Origin: Candidatus Woesearchaeota archaeon
GTDB taxonomy: Archaea; Nanobdellota; Nanobdellia; Woesearchaeales; SKIA01
Length of the DNA stretch: 64,000 nt
Assembly: GCA_046704725.1 (NCBI GenBank)
Contig: JBJKRI010000004.1
Coordinates: 12,175 to 76,174 of the forward strand
Direction of reading: 5' to 3'
The notes under the pieces were generated by a model, which saw nothing but the letters and a program-made list of their open reading frames with translations, was not told the DNA's origin and did no database searches. Each line of letters opens with the position of its first letter. Position 1 is the stretch's first letter. This document shows positions 47,525 through 55,949 of this stretch, in pieces. A program made the translations under genes and the position numbers.

Positions 47525-47821
47525 ATGCCAGTAGAGACTATCCGCGGATGCCCCGTCTGCGGCGGGACCGTCTCCGGGAACGGAGTCCTCGGCTACCTGT
47601 GCGGGCACTGCTCGCTCGTATTCAGCAAGAAGCACTTCTCTGGCCATCCGAGCAGAAAAGAGCTGCTGAGCGCGTTCGAGCGGACCGTGCGATACGTGCG
47701 CGCCGATGACAGCAATACCTATCACGTGCCTATGTGCAAATACGCCAAGCGAATCGACACGCAGCTGGAAGTGACGGACACGACCGGATTGCGTGCCTGC
47801 CGATGCGTGCGAAAGCCATAA
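47525..47821 (+). CDS. Zinc ribbon plus Ada-like metal-binding domain protein
   Basis: CPVC/CGHC, then SNTYHVPMC..AKRI...GLRACRC. Confidence 0.7.
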   Translation: MPVETIRGCPVCGGTVSGNGVLGYLCGHCSLVFSKKHFSGHPSRKELLSAFERTVRYVRADDSNTYHVPMCKYAKRIDTQLEVTDTTGLRACRCVRKP

Positions 47822-47845
47822 AAGGGCCTGGCCGAACGCCACTGG

Positions 47846-48802
47846 GTGCTCACCGACACGATAGACCCGATCATCACGACGATACCTGCCTTCACGCTCG
47901 CGAGCGCGTGGATACTCTTCGGGGGCCTTCTCATCGCGCTCATCGGCGGAGCGCTCGCCTGGCGCCGGCACAAGAAACCGCAGGACGCCACCACCCTCTG
48001 GATCGGGGCCGTCATCGCGCTCATCGGCGTGTTCTTGTACCTGACGGGAAGAAGCAGCGTCGCGATCGGACCCATCAGCCTGCGCTGGTACGGCGTGGTC
48101 TACGTCCTCGGATTCATTGGCGGCTACTGGGCCTTCAGAAAGCTCGCAGGACTCACCGCGGACGAGGCCGACAGCCTCACGCTGTGGGCGATGATCGGAC
48201 TGCTCATCGGGGCGCGCACGTTCTTCTTCGCTTTCTACAGGCCGGACCTGTTCAGTCCCGCAGAGTTCTTCGCGGTCTGGCACGGGGGGATGAGCTTCCA
48301 CGGAGCGCTCCTGGGCATCACCGTGGCGGGCTGGCTGTGGGCGCGGCACTACAAGAAACGGTTCTGGCGGATAGCAGATGTGGGTGCGGTGCTCGTCTCA
48401 TTCTTCCTCGCGCTCGGACGCCTCGCGAACTTCGCGAACAGCGAGATCGTGGGAACCGTGACGAACGTTCCGTGGTGCGTGCACTTCCCGCACGCGGCCC
48501 CGCCGGGGAACGTCGGCTGCAGGCATCCAGTGCAATTGTACGCGGCGTTCAAGGACCTCTTGACAGGCTCGGGGATGCTATTGCTCTACAAAAAGGGCGG
48601 CTTCGCCGACGGGTTCCTGTTCTGGCTGTTCGCGGCGATCTACGGCGTGCTGCGCTTTGTCATCAACATCTGGCGTGCGGACCCCGTCATTGCGTTCGGC
48701 TGGCTGAAGATGGGGCAGATCCTATCGGTCGCGCTCCTGCTGATAGCGGTCCCCGTGCTGCTCAAGCGATACAGGAAAGACCTGCAGAAGATATTTAAGT
48801 GA
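47846..48802 (+). CDS. lgt: Prolipoprotein diacylglyceryl transferase
   Basis: RWYG, GGMSFHG, GRLANFANSEIVG, RHPVQLY, YG..RF. Confidence 0.93.
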   Translation: MLTDTIDPIITTIPAFTLASAWILFGGLLIALIGGALAWRRHKKPQDATTLWIGAVIALIGVFLYLTGRSSVAIGPISLRWYGVVYVLGFIGGYWAFRKLAGLTADEADSLTLWAMIGLLIGARTFFFAFYRPDLFSPAEFFAVWHGGMSFHGALLGITVAGWLWARHYKKRFWRIADVGAVLVSFFLALGRLANFANSEIVGTVTNVPWCVHFPHAAPPGNVGCRHPVQLYAAFKDLLTGSGMLLLYKKGGFADGFLFWLFAAIYGVLRFVINIWRADPVIAFGWLKMGQILSVALLLIAVPVLLKRYRKDLQKIFK

Positions 48803-48818
48803 AGATGCCGCGGACACG

Positions 48819-49457
48819 ATGATGGAACCGCTGGTCATAGTCAACTTCAAGACGTACAAGAAAGCTACAGGACAAGCCGCGGTGTCATTGACCCAGGCAT
48901 GCGCAGAATCAGGAGCGCAAGTCGCTGTCCAGGCCGTCGACATCCAGGCGTGCGCCGCGACAGGAGCGCAGGTCTGGGCGCAGCACGTGGATTCGGCAGG
49001 GTACGGATCGCACACCGGAGCGGTCATTGTAGAAGCTGTCAAGGCCGCAGGAGCGATCGGCACATTGCTCAACCACAGCGAGCATCGTCTCGACGACCCA
49101 ACCATCGGCGAGACGGTGAAGCGATGCAAAGAGCTCGGCCTGAAGACCGTCGTGTGCGCGGCGAGCGTGGAGGAGGCAGAACGTTACAAGGCCTTCGCGC
49201 CAGACTATATCGCTGTCGAGATCCCTGCACTCATCGGCGGGGATGTGAGCATCATGAACGCCGAGCCGGGCATCGTCAAGCGCGCGGTTGAACAGCTCGG
49301 AAGCAACGTGCTCGTGGGAGCCGGCGTCTCCTCGGGGGATGACCTCAAGACCGCTATGGACGAGGGCGCTGCGGGCGTCCTGTTGGCGAGCGCGATCGCG
49401 AAGAAGGCGGACGACCCCAAGGCCGCGCTGCGCGAGCTCTACTCCAAACTCACGTAG
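48819..49457 (+). CDS. tpiA: Triosephosphate isomerase (archaeal short type)
   Basis: NFKTY, AQHVD, LLNHSE, AVE.P.LIG, GVLLAS. Confidence 0.96.
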   Translation: MMEPLVIVNFKTYKKATGQAAVSLTQACAESGAQVAVQAVDIQACAATGAQVWAQHVDSAGYGSHTGAVIVEAVKAAGAIGTLLNHSEHRLDDPTIGETVKRCKELGLKTVVCAASVEEAERYKAFAPDYIAVEIPALIGGDVSIMNAEPGIVKRAVEQLGSNVLVGAGVSSGDDLKTAMDEGAAGVLLASAIAKKADDPKAALRELYSKLT

Positions 49458-49978
49458 AGGTGCTGGACCCCGTAGACCGTCGAGGTCCCTTCATCGACCG
49501 TGACCGTGTAGATGAACTGCTTGGCATCGATGTTCGTCGGAGGCGTGATGAGCACTGATTCGTACTTCGTCTGGCCCGGCTTGATATCGAGCGTGTCGGT
49601 GAAGTACTGTATCTGTCCGTTGCCCTCCTGTTTCGGATTGGCAGCAATAACATTGATCTTGAAACTGTTCATAGAAGCCCCGGTGTTCTTGATGCCGATG
49701 GCGAACATCGCTGTCTTCTGCGAGGACCCCCCGCACAGGGGGCTTCCCGTCATCTTCGCGGTCTTGCTGTTGTCCGCGACGACGACGCGGCCGCCGCCCG
49801 CGAGGAGACGGTCGATCTGGTTCTGCGTCTGGGAATCGACGGTGTTCGAGTAATGCACTGCCGCGCACAACGCCTTGTAGGTGAGCGTGAAGGCCATACC
49901 GAGGATGACAATCGCGACGAGGAGGATGACGACGGTGCTGGCCGCGAGCTCGATGCCGCGCTTATTTAGTGATCTCAT
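49439..49978 (-). CDS. Class III signal-peptide (type IV pilin-like) protein
   Basis: NKRG/IELAASTVVILLVAIVILG then beta-rich domain. Confidence 0.8.
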   Translation of the reverse strand: MRSLNKRGIELAASTVVILLVAIVILGMAFTLTYKALCAAVHYSNTVDSQTQNQIDRLLAGGGRVVVADNSKTAKMTGSPLCGGSSQKTAMFAIGIKNTGASMNSFKINVIAANPKQEGNGQIQYFTDTLDIKPGQTKYESVLITPPTNIDAKQFIYTVTVDEGTSTVYGVQHLYVSLE

Positions 49979-50186
49979 ACTCCCGGATGAGGATGCTCAT
50001 GAAGAGCAGCAGGACGAAGGCACCGCCGACCATGATCCAAAAGCCGTAGGTGAGGTTGCTGTTGTGGATGATGATGTACAAGCCGTAGAGCAGGATAATA
50101 AGGCCCGCCCACAAGAACTTGTCCAATACGAGCTTCAGGATATCGAACTCCTCTTGCCGCGTGAGTTTCTTCTTGTTCTTCGCCAT
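49962..50186 (-). CDS. Small two-TM conserved membrane protein
   Basis: MAKNKKKLTRQEEFDILKLVLDKFLW..., IREYE; TAATG overlap with upstream gene. Confidence 0.75.
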   Translation of the reverse strand: MAKNKKKLTRQEEFDILKLVLDKFLWAGLIILLYGLYIIIHNSNLTYGFWIMVGGAFVLLLFMSILIREYEITK

Positions 50187-50728
50187 TATTGGTTCACCGT
50201 CAGGCTGAATTCCGCAGGAGATATCTCGCTGATCGCCTGTGGAGTGGAACCACCGCCTGTGACGCCCATCGCCACGATCCGGCACAAGTAGGTCGAACTC
50301 ACGGCGTTCTTGTTGATCATGAACACGTACGTGAAGACGTTCGAATCGCCCGGCTTGAGCGTCTTGCTGAAGTACTGTTGGCTCTTATCGGCGATGGGAT
50401 TCGTACCGCTGGCAGGGTCGTTCTTGCATTCAATCGCCGGATACGCTCCAGTGATAGTTGTCGAGGGCGTGTTGTCGAGGATTCCAATCTTCATACCGAT
50501 GTAATCGCCGCGCGAGCCCGATTCCGCGGTGCGCGACAGCGTGATGGGAGTTCCCTGCGAGGGCGCCGGCGGATTGGGCTCGTTCGAATCGATCGAGTTG
50601 AAGAACTTCTGCTCGACGGAATTGAACGCGCGCGTCACAAGACCGATGATGAGGCCGAGCATGATGACCGCGATGATGAGCACGACGATCGCGTTGGTCG
50701 AGATGGATAATGAAGCGCGTCGTTGCAT
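50186..50728 (-). CDS. Class III signal-peptide (type IV pilin-like) protein
   Basis: QRRA/SLSISTNAIVVLIIAVIMLG then Ig-like beta domain with a Cys pair. Confidence 0.8.
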   Translation of the reverse strand: MQRRASLSISTNAIVVLIIAVIMLGLIIGLVTRAFNSVEQKFFNSIDSNEPNPPAPSQGTPITLSRTAESGSRGDYIGMKIGILDNTPSTTITGAYPAIECKNDPASGTNPIADKSQQYFSKTLKPGDSNVFTYVFMINKNAVSSTYLCRIVAMGVTGGGSTPQAISEISPAEFSLTVNQ

Positions 50729-50785
50729 GACACGCGTTCTCCAATAAAGAGCTTTATAAAACTTTCTCGCTCTGCGAGAGTGATT

Positions 50786-51250
50786 CTATTCGGAATCCTG
50801 CGCCGCAGGCTTTTCCTCGGCCTGACGAGCCGTCTTCTCCGAAGCATCCTTGTCGCTCTTGGAAGCCTCGTCAGCCTTCTGGGCTTTCTTATCCTCGGCA
50901 GGAGCTTCGTCAGTTTTCTTGGCCTTCTTCGCTTCCTTCTTGGCCTTCTTGTCGTCCTTGGCAGCCTCCTCGGCAGCGATCTCGGACGGGAGCTGCTCGC
51001 CCTCGAGCACAGCATGCACGACGCCATCCTCGTCCTTCTCGGTGACGACAGTCACGCGAGCGGGCGGCTTTCGCGAACCGCGTTCCCAGAGCAGCTCGTT
51101 GATGGACGGACCGATACGGACATCATCTCCTTTCATGTGCTTGGACAGGAAACTGCGCACGGACGAAACCGCCTTCTTCGTGCGCTGGTGACGCTGCGAG
51201 CGCTGGAAGGAGCGTCGGAGCGGAATCGTGTAGGTGCGCTTATCGGCCAT
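50786..51250 (-). CDS. rpl31e: 50S ribosomal protein L31e with charged C-terminal tail
   Basis: RTYTIPLR, R..KAV..VR.FL.KHMK, INE.LW.RG..KPP. Confidence 0.95.
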   Translation of the reverse strand: MADKRTYTIPLRRSFQRSQRHQRTKKAVSSVRSFLSKHMKGDDVRIGPSINELLWERGSRKPPARVTVVTEKDEDGVVHAVLEGEQLPSEIAAEEAAKDDKKAKKEAKKAKKTDEAPAEDKKAQKADEASKSDKDASEKTARQAEEKPAAQDSE

Positions 51251-51254
51251 GGTC

Positions 51255-51425
51255 CTATACCTTCAGGCGCGATCGGCGCCAGTGACGCTTGGTGTGCGTG
51301 TGGCGGCCGGGATGAACATTGTAGCGGCCGTACTTCTTCGAGACGGTCCAGAACGGAGCCCAGACGGTCTGCGTGTTTCGCTTGGCGAGGCGTCGCTTGA
51401 CCGCCGGGTGCTTGTTGCGGGTCAT
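51255..51425 (-). CDS. rpl39e: 50S ribosomal protein L39e
   Basis: MTRNKHPAVKRRLAKRNTQ..WAPFW...KRHWRRSRLKV; between S19e and L31e. Confidence 0.9.
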   Translation of the reverse strand: MTRNKHPAVKRRLAKRNTQTVWAPFWTVSKKYGRYNVHPGRHTHTKRHWRRSRLKV

Positions 51426-51844
51426 GCTGTCACCCCGATGACAGCCTTGTCCAGAAGAGACTCGCCCTTCGGCGTGAGGACACGGCCCTTATGGCCCTCG
51501 ACCTCGGCCTGCTTGACCAGGCCGGCGGCCTCGAGCTGCTGGAGCGCCGTGCGGATCACGCTGCCGGAGCCCTTGGCGAAAGCGTCGGGCTTGTGGCCGC
51601 GGTTCTTGCGCCCGCCGTAGAGCACGCGGAGCTTGTTGGTCCCGATAGGACCGCGCAGAGCGACCTTGCGGAGCACGGCGGCGCAGCGCACATACCACCA
51701 GTCAGGCTGCATGGGCGCGCGCTCCTTGTGCATGCCCGTCTTGACATAGGACGCCCACACTGGAGGCTGCACTTGCTCAAGCTGCTTGAGCTCTTGCGCA
51801 ACGCGCATGATGAGCGCCTCTGGAGCCGCAAACTGGATTCGCAT
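51422..51844 (-). CDS. rps19e: 30S ribosomal protein S19e
   Basis: PPVWASYVKTG.HKER.P...DWWY.R.AAVLRK, GSGSVIR.ALQQLE. Confidence 0.96.
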   Translation of the reverse strand: MRIQFAAPEALIMRVAQELKQLEQVQPPVWASYVKTGMHKERAPMQPDWWYVRCAAVLRKVALRGPIGTNKLRVLYGGRKNRGHKPDAFAKGSGSVIRTALQQLEAAGLVKQAEVEGHKGRVLTPKGESLLDKAVIGVTA

Positions 51845-51887
51845 GTTCCGGGCGAATCGAAGACGTTTTATAAAGATATTGGTCGCC

Positions 51888-52181
51888 TCACGCGCTCTTG
51901 AGCGCGCGAGAGGCCTCGTCGAGGTCCTTGAGCACGCCGTCGAGGGCGAAGTAGAGATTCTCGTCCCGACGCGACGCCTTGAGGGTGTGACCTCCGACAA
52001 GGAGTTCCCCGGAGACGGTGCACTTATCGTCGAGGTCGGCGGTGATGGTCAGGCCCTCGAAGCCACGGACGCGCTCGGAGACATGCTTTGTGAAATTACC
52101 GACGATCTTCTTGACAACGATAAGGTCGCTGCTGTCCTCCTCGTCGAAACCGACGAGTTCGATATTCCCTCCGAGTTCCAT
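51888..52181 (-). CDS. Small protein with HPF/RaiA-like secondary-structure pattern
   Basis: beta-alpha-beta-beta-beta-alpha pattern ending NLYFALDGVLKDL. Confidence 0.6.
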   Translation of the reverse strand: MELGGNIELVGFDEEDSSDLIVVKKIVGNFTKHVSERVRGFEGLTITADLDDKCTVSGELLVGGHTLKASRRDENLYFALDGVLKDLDEASRALKSA

Positions 52182-52341
52182 GCGAAGCCCCGCTATAGCC
52201 CCCTAAGCGGCGTTCGGGTATAAAAAGTCTCTGTCCGTACACGTCCAACACCTTTAAAAACGAAGCCCCGTTCTCATCAGCGACGGAATGTGGGCCTGTC
52301 TCGCCTGAACCGTCCAAGACACCAAGAACGGAGGACACAAC

Positions 52342-52908
52342 ATGGCAATCTACAAGCAATTGCGAGAATTCTGGCAGAGCAAGGCTGGAGAGAAAGCGCT
52401 CTCCCAACAGCTCATCGCCTGGCGAAAAGAACCGGTCACGGTACGTTTGGAGCATCCAACGCGCCTCGATCGCGCACGCAGCGTCGGCTACAAGGCCAAG
52501 CAAGGCTATGTGATCGTGCGCCAACGCGTCTTGCGCGGCGGAAGGCAACGACCGGCCATCGAGCACGGCAGGCGCCCGAGGCACAACCGACGCAAGAAGA
52601 ACCTCAAGCTCGACTACCGCCTCGTCGCCGAGGGACGCGCGCAGGCGAAGTTCCCGAACCTGACCGTCCTGAACAGCTACCTGCTCGGAAAGGACGGCAA
52701 GCATGCCTGGTACGAGATCATCCTCGTGGACCCGCAGCACCCGAACATCGCCAAGGACCGCTCGCTCAAAGGCGCCGCAGCAAAGCGTGGACGCGTGGAG
52801 CGCGGCCTGACCAACGCCGGCAAGCGGGCGCGCGGACAGAAAGGCAAGGGCAAGGGTCACGAGAAGAACCGCCCGAGCCTGGCAGCGCACCAGAAGCGCG
52901 GGAACTAA
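52342..52908 (+). CDS. rpl15e: 50S ribosomal protein L15e
   Basis: PTRLDRARSVGYKAKQG, VLNSY, YEIILVDP, RGLT.AG. Confidence 0.97.
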   Translation: MAIYKQLREFWQSKAGEKALSQQLIAWRKEPVTVRLEHPTRLDRARSVGYKAKQGYVIVRQRVLRGGRQRPAIEHGRRPRHNRRKKNLKLDYRLVAEGRAQAKFPNLTVLNSYLLGKDGKHAWYEIILVDPQHPNIAKDRSLKGAAAKRGRVERGLTNAGKRARGQKGKGKGHEKNRPSLAAHQKRGN

Positions 52909-52939
52909 GCGGAAGCGTATCGCTGAAGCGGACGTTCGT

Positions 52940-53491
52940 TCACTCGGTGAACAAACGGTGCTTCTCGTTGCCAGAGAGCTCTGCCATGATACGGCGGATG
53001 ATAAGCTTCTGGGGGTCGGGCAAGAGCTTGACGCGCTTTCGGATATCGGCGAAACTCTCGAAATCCCCGTCGCGGCGCGCCTCGATGACCTCCCACATAT
53101 GCTTTTTGCCTAGGCCGGGGAGCAGTTCGAGCGAATGCATGCGCGTCGACAAGGGCTGTGCCTTGTTGAAGAACTCGATAAAGCGCTGCTCGCTCTCCTT
53201 GACCAGGCGCGCGATGACGACCTGCAATTCACCGGAGGCCGTGTTCGTGAGCTTGTCGCGCGTGATCCGTCCCTCGATGTGATGCACCTTGTCGCGCTTA
53301 CCCTCGCCGATGTACACCTCGTCGCCGATATTGAGGAAGACCCCTTCTTTGGGGACGAGTTCCAACAGGGAGAAACGCGTCTTGCCGATCGCCTGCGCGA
53401 TGGCGCTCTTGCGATGGCTCGGACGCTTGTCGAGCGGATGGCCTTCGGGCAAGAAGTCCAATACTACCGCGTGCTCCTCCCTCCCAACCAT
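52940..53491 (-). CDS. DUF655 putative RNA-binding protein
   Basis: VLDFLP.GH, FSLLEL, FFNKA.P..TRMHSLELLPG.GKK; L21e-RpoF-DUF655 synteny. Confidence 0.93.
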   Translation of the reverse strand: MVGREEHAVVLDFLPEGHPLDKRPSHRKSAIAQAIGKTRFSLLELVPKEGVFLNIGDEVYIGEGKRDKVHHIEGRITRDKLTNTASGELQVVIARLVKESEQRFIEFFNKAQPLSTRMHSLELLPGLGKKHMWEVIEARRDGDFESFADIRKRVKLLPDPQKLIIRRIMAELSGNEKHRLFTE

Positions 53492-53526
53492 AGCATATCC
53501 TCCGGAAAACGACCTTATAAACGTTT

Positions 53527-53865
53527 CTACGCGTTGAGCGCGTCGATGATCTTCTGCTGATAGTCTTTGTTCACCGTCAGCGTGTAGCCGGACAGGATCA
53601 GGTTGAGCTCCTTGACGGTCTTGGGCATCAGATCGATGATCTTGTGGATATGGAAGGGCTTGAGACGCGGCACGTTGAGCGCCTCGATGGCGGTGAAAAG
53701 CTGCTCGATGCGCTCGGCATCGACAACATGGATGTGATTGAGGTGGTCCAGGGTCTTGCCGGCACGGAAGCTGAGCTCCCCATCGCGCTCCTGAATCGCG
53801 GTGAGCTTATCCTTGAGCTCGCTGAGCGTGAGCGTCTGCTCCTCCAGAATCTGCGGTTGCGACAT
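53527..53865 (-). CDS. rpoF: RNA polymerase subunit Rpo4 (F)
   Basis: ELSFRA.KT..HL, KIIDLMP.T..EL..IL; synteny. Confidence 0.88.
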   Translation of the reverse strand: MSQPQILEEQTLTLSELKDKLTAIQERDGELSFRAGKTLDHLNHIHVVDAERIEQLFTAIEALNVPRLKPFHIHKIIDLMPKTVKELNLILSGYTLTVNKDYQQKIIDALNA

Positions 53866-54156
53866 CTAGACCCTCCTTAGGTGCGACGGGTGGACGATCA
53901 ACGTCTTGGCCTTGCCACCGTCCTGGACATGGATGAGATAACACTCGCCACTCTTGCCAGTGACGCGACCGGCCTTGCCGTGGAAGCGCGGCAGGTACAT
54001 GCCCTCCTGCACAGCAGGCTCGACCGCGAGCAGCACCTCATCGCCCTCAGAGAACGTCTGGAGGGCGCGACGGATGCTGATTTTGCCGCGCGTGCGCGGC
54101 GACTTGGCGAGCTTCGTACGCGTCTTGCGGCGCATGCCGCCCTTCCGTTGCACCAT
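53866..54156 (-). CDS. rpl21e: 50S ribosomal protein L21e
   Basis: G.RRKTR.KL.K..R.RG, RFHGK.G.V, DGGK.KTLIVHP.HL. Confidence 0.96.
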   Translation of the reverse strand: MVQRKGGMRRKTRTKLAKSPRTRGKISIRRALQTFSEGDEVLLAVEPAVQEGMYLPRFHGKAGRVTGKSGECYLIHVQDGGKAKTLIVHPSHLRRV

Positions 54157-54258
54157 GGGCTGTGCGAACGGCAGGCCATTTTTAAAGGTTTGCGTCTGGC
54201 GCATACGCGAAATCCTTAAATACGGGGTCCTCCGGGATTCATGTAGCACACGAGGTGA

Positions 54259-54483
54259 GTGCCTATCGCAAAACACATCCAATCCCACGTGCTCGAGAAG
54301 GCCATCGGAACGCTGATGGTGATTTTCGGCCTGTTCGCGCTGTACATCTTCTTCACGACGCTGCCGCAAGCGCAGCAGGTCTCGCAAGAGGTCGCGATCA
54401 TCGAGATACTGCTCATCATCGTGCTGGCCATCCTGGCGCAGACGATCGTGCTGATCAGGATCTACGAGAAGGTCGAGAAGTAG
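54259..54483 (+). CDS. Small two-TM membrane protein
   Basis: GTG start after GAGGTGA; two hydrophobic helices. Confidence 0.65.
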   Translation: MPIAKHIQSHVLEKAIGTLMVIFGLFALYIFFTTLPQAQQVSQEVAIIEILLIIVLAILAQTIVLIRIYEKVEK

Positions 54484-54502
54484 TACGTTTTTTGATTCGG
54501 CA

Positions 54503-54601
54503 GGCTCCTACGTATCAGGGAGTTGCTTGGAACTTCATCGCATTACTTTTGCGGTGGGGATGCGGTATAGCATAGACAGATACCACTCCACGCAGAGAGC
54601 C
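54503..54601. ncRNA. Candidate structured RNA between convergent genes
   Basis: Nested stems GGCTC/GAGCC, GGAGT/ACTCC, CTTCATCGCA/TGCGGTGGGG, GGTAT/ATACC. Confidence 0.35.
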
Positions 54602-54641
54602 AATAGACCATTCTTCGTGTGCTGCTGCGGAAAGACGTATT

Positions 54642-55373
54642 TTACAGGCTCTTGGAGACCGCCTTCTCGGCGGCCGTGGCCTCTTCGGGCAGGACCTCGT
54701 CGGCGATAGCAGACGGGACGCCGGCCTCGGTGAGAGCCGCCTTGATAGCGCTGCGCTCCTTGCCCGCCATGGAGGACACGATGCCTTGCGCAGTGGCGAG
54801 GAGCTCCTCGCGGCGCTCCTCCATCTCGGCCTTGAGCCGGGCGCGCTCCTCCTCGAGCTGTTTCTTCTCCTCAGCGGAGATCTCGGTCTTGCGCGCATTA
54901 ATCTGGGAATCGTACTCGCCCGCCTCGATGCGCTTGAGCGCCTCTTGCGCGGGCTTGCCCTCGACGAGGACGCCCATGGACTGGCAGGTGCCGACGATCT
55001 CACGGACCTTGCCCTTCATGTCCTTGCCGAGGAGGTTGTCCTCCTTCATGATGGCGATCTTGATGACCTGCTCGATGGCGAGGTCAGCGACCTTGTCGAG
55101 CAACGGATTGCCGGCGCCCTTCTTGATGCCCGCCTCCTTCTTGATGAGGGCGGAGGCCGGCGGGGTGCCGACGGTGATGGTGAAAGCCTTGGTCTCGGTG
55201 TCCACCGAGACGGTGACAGGCACTTGCATGCCTTTGAAGCCGTCAGTCTTCTTGTTGATCTCCGAGACGACCTGCCCGATATTCACACCAAGCGGGCCGA
55301 GCGCGGGACCGAGCGGAGGCGCAGCGGTGGCTTTGCCCCCTTCGATGAGCACGTCGACGGATTCAGTGGCCAT
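54642..55373 (-). CDS. rpl11: 50S ribosomal protein L11 with C-terminal extension
   Basis: GGKATAAPPLGPALGPLG, GTPPASALIKKE, GTC.SMGV. Confidence 0.96.
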   Translation of the reverse strand: MATESVDVLIEGGKATAAPPLGPALGPLGVNIGQVVSEINKKTDGFKGMQVPVTVSVDTETKAFTITVGTPPASALIKKEAGIKKGAGNPLLDKVADLAIEQVIKIAIMKEDNLLGKDMKGKVREIVGTCQSMGVLVEGKPAQEALKRIEAGEYDSQINARKTEISAEEKKQLEEERARLKAEMEERREELLATAQGIVSSMAGKERSAIKAALTEAGVPSAIADEVLPEEATAAEKAVSKSL

Positions 55374-55397
55374 GCTCGGGCGAATCAGGAGCTGTTT

Positions 55398-55925
55398 TTA
55401 AACGTTGCTCTCAAACAGCTTACGGAGCGCGGCGTCGCACGCATCCTGGAGAGAGGTGTGGATGGGGAAACCAGGACGCTCCTGTTGGAATGCTCTTCTC
55501 AACGTCCGAAGACCCGAGAAGCCCTGCTCCGCCCCCAGGACGAAGGACGGCCCGTCGCCCGCCTTGTACTGGCCGATGATGGTCCCAAGCTCCCTGCGAG
55601 TGTCCATACCGTAGGGATGTGCGCAGTTGTGCTCTTGTTCGGCTGGAAGATAGCCAAGGATCACTCCTCGCTTTCCCGCGGATTCAAGATAATGATCCTC
55701 CCAGTAGAACTGTCCGTTGATCCTGTCAGGGGAACGCAAGCGGAATCGCTCATAGCGGGGAGGAAGAGAATGGTCCGGGCTGACGATAGGGATATCCGGA
55801 CTCCCAAGCCACAACAACTCATTCGCCTCCTCACGCCACACAGGAGCGCCCCCGATCGGCCCGAGGAGGAACACGTGGGGCTCTCGGAGAGTGAAGCGAT
55901 CGTACGGAATGATGACCCGACCCAC
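55398..55925 (-). CDS. Nucleoside 2-deoxyribosyltransferase-like protein
   Basis: VFL.GPI.GAP.W, Q..WE..YL..A, TR.ELG. Confidence 0.72.
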   Translation of the reverse strand: MGRVIIPYDRFTLREPHVFLLGPIGGAPVWREEANELLWLGSPDIPIVSPDHSLPPRYERFRLRSPDRINGQFYWEDHYLESAGKRGVILGYLPAEQEHNCAHPYGMDTRRELGTIIGQYKAGDGPSFVLGAEQGFSGLRTLRRAFQQERPGFPIHTSLQDACDAALRKLFESNV

Positions 55926-55949
55926 GAGTTCTGCCTAGCGTTCCACTAT

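Noticed and set aside
44405-48349. 1314-aa extended IleRS
   Set aside because: The extension is antisense to lgt and the Zn-ribbon gene; the real start is ATG 47473 after a TATA box
54490-54620. 5S rRNA
   Set aside because: Size fits, but the conserved CCGAAC loop and helix I pairing are absent
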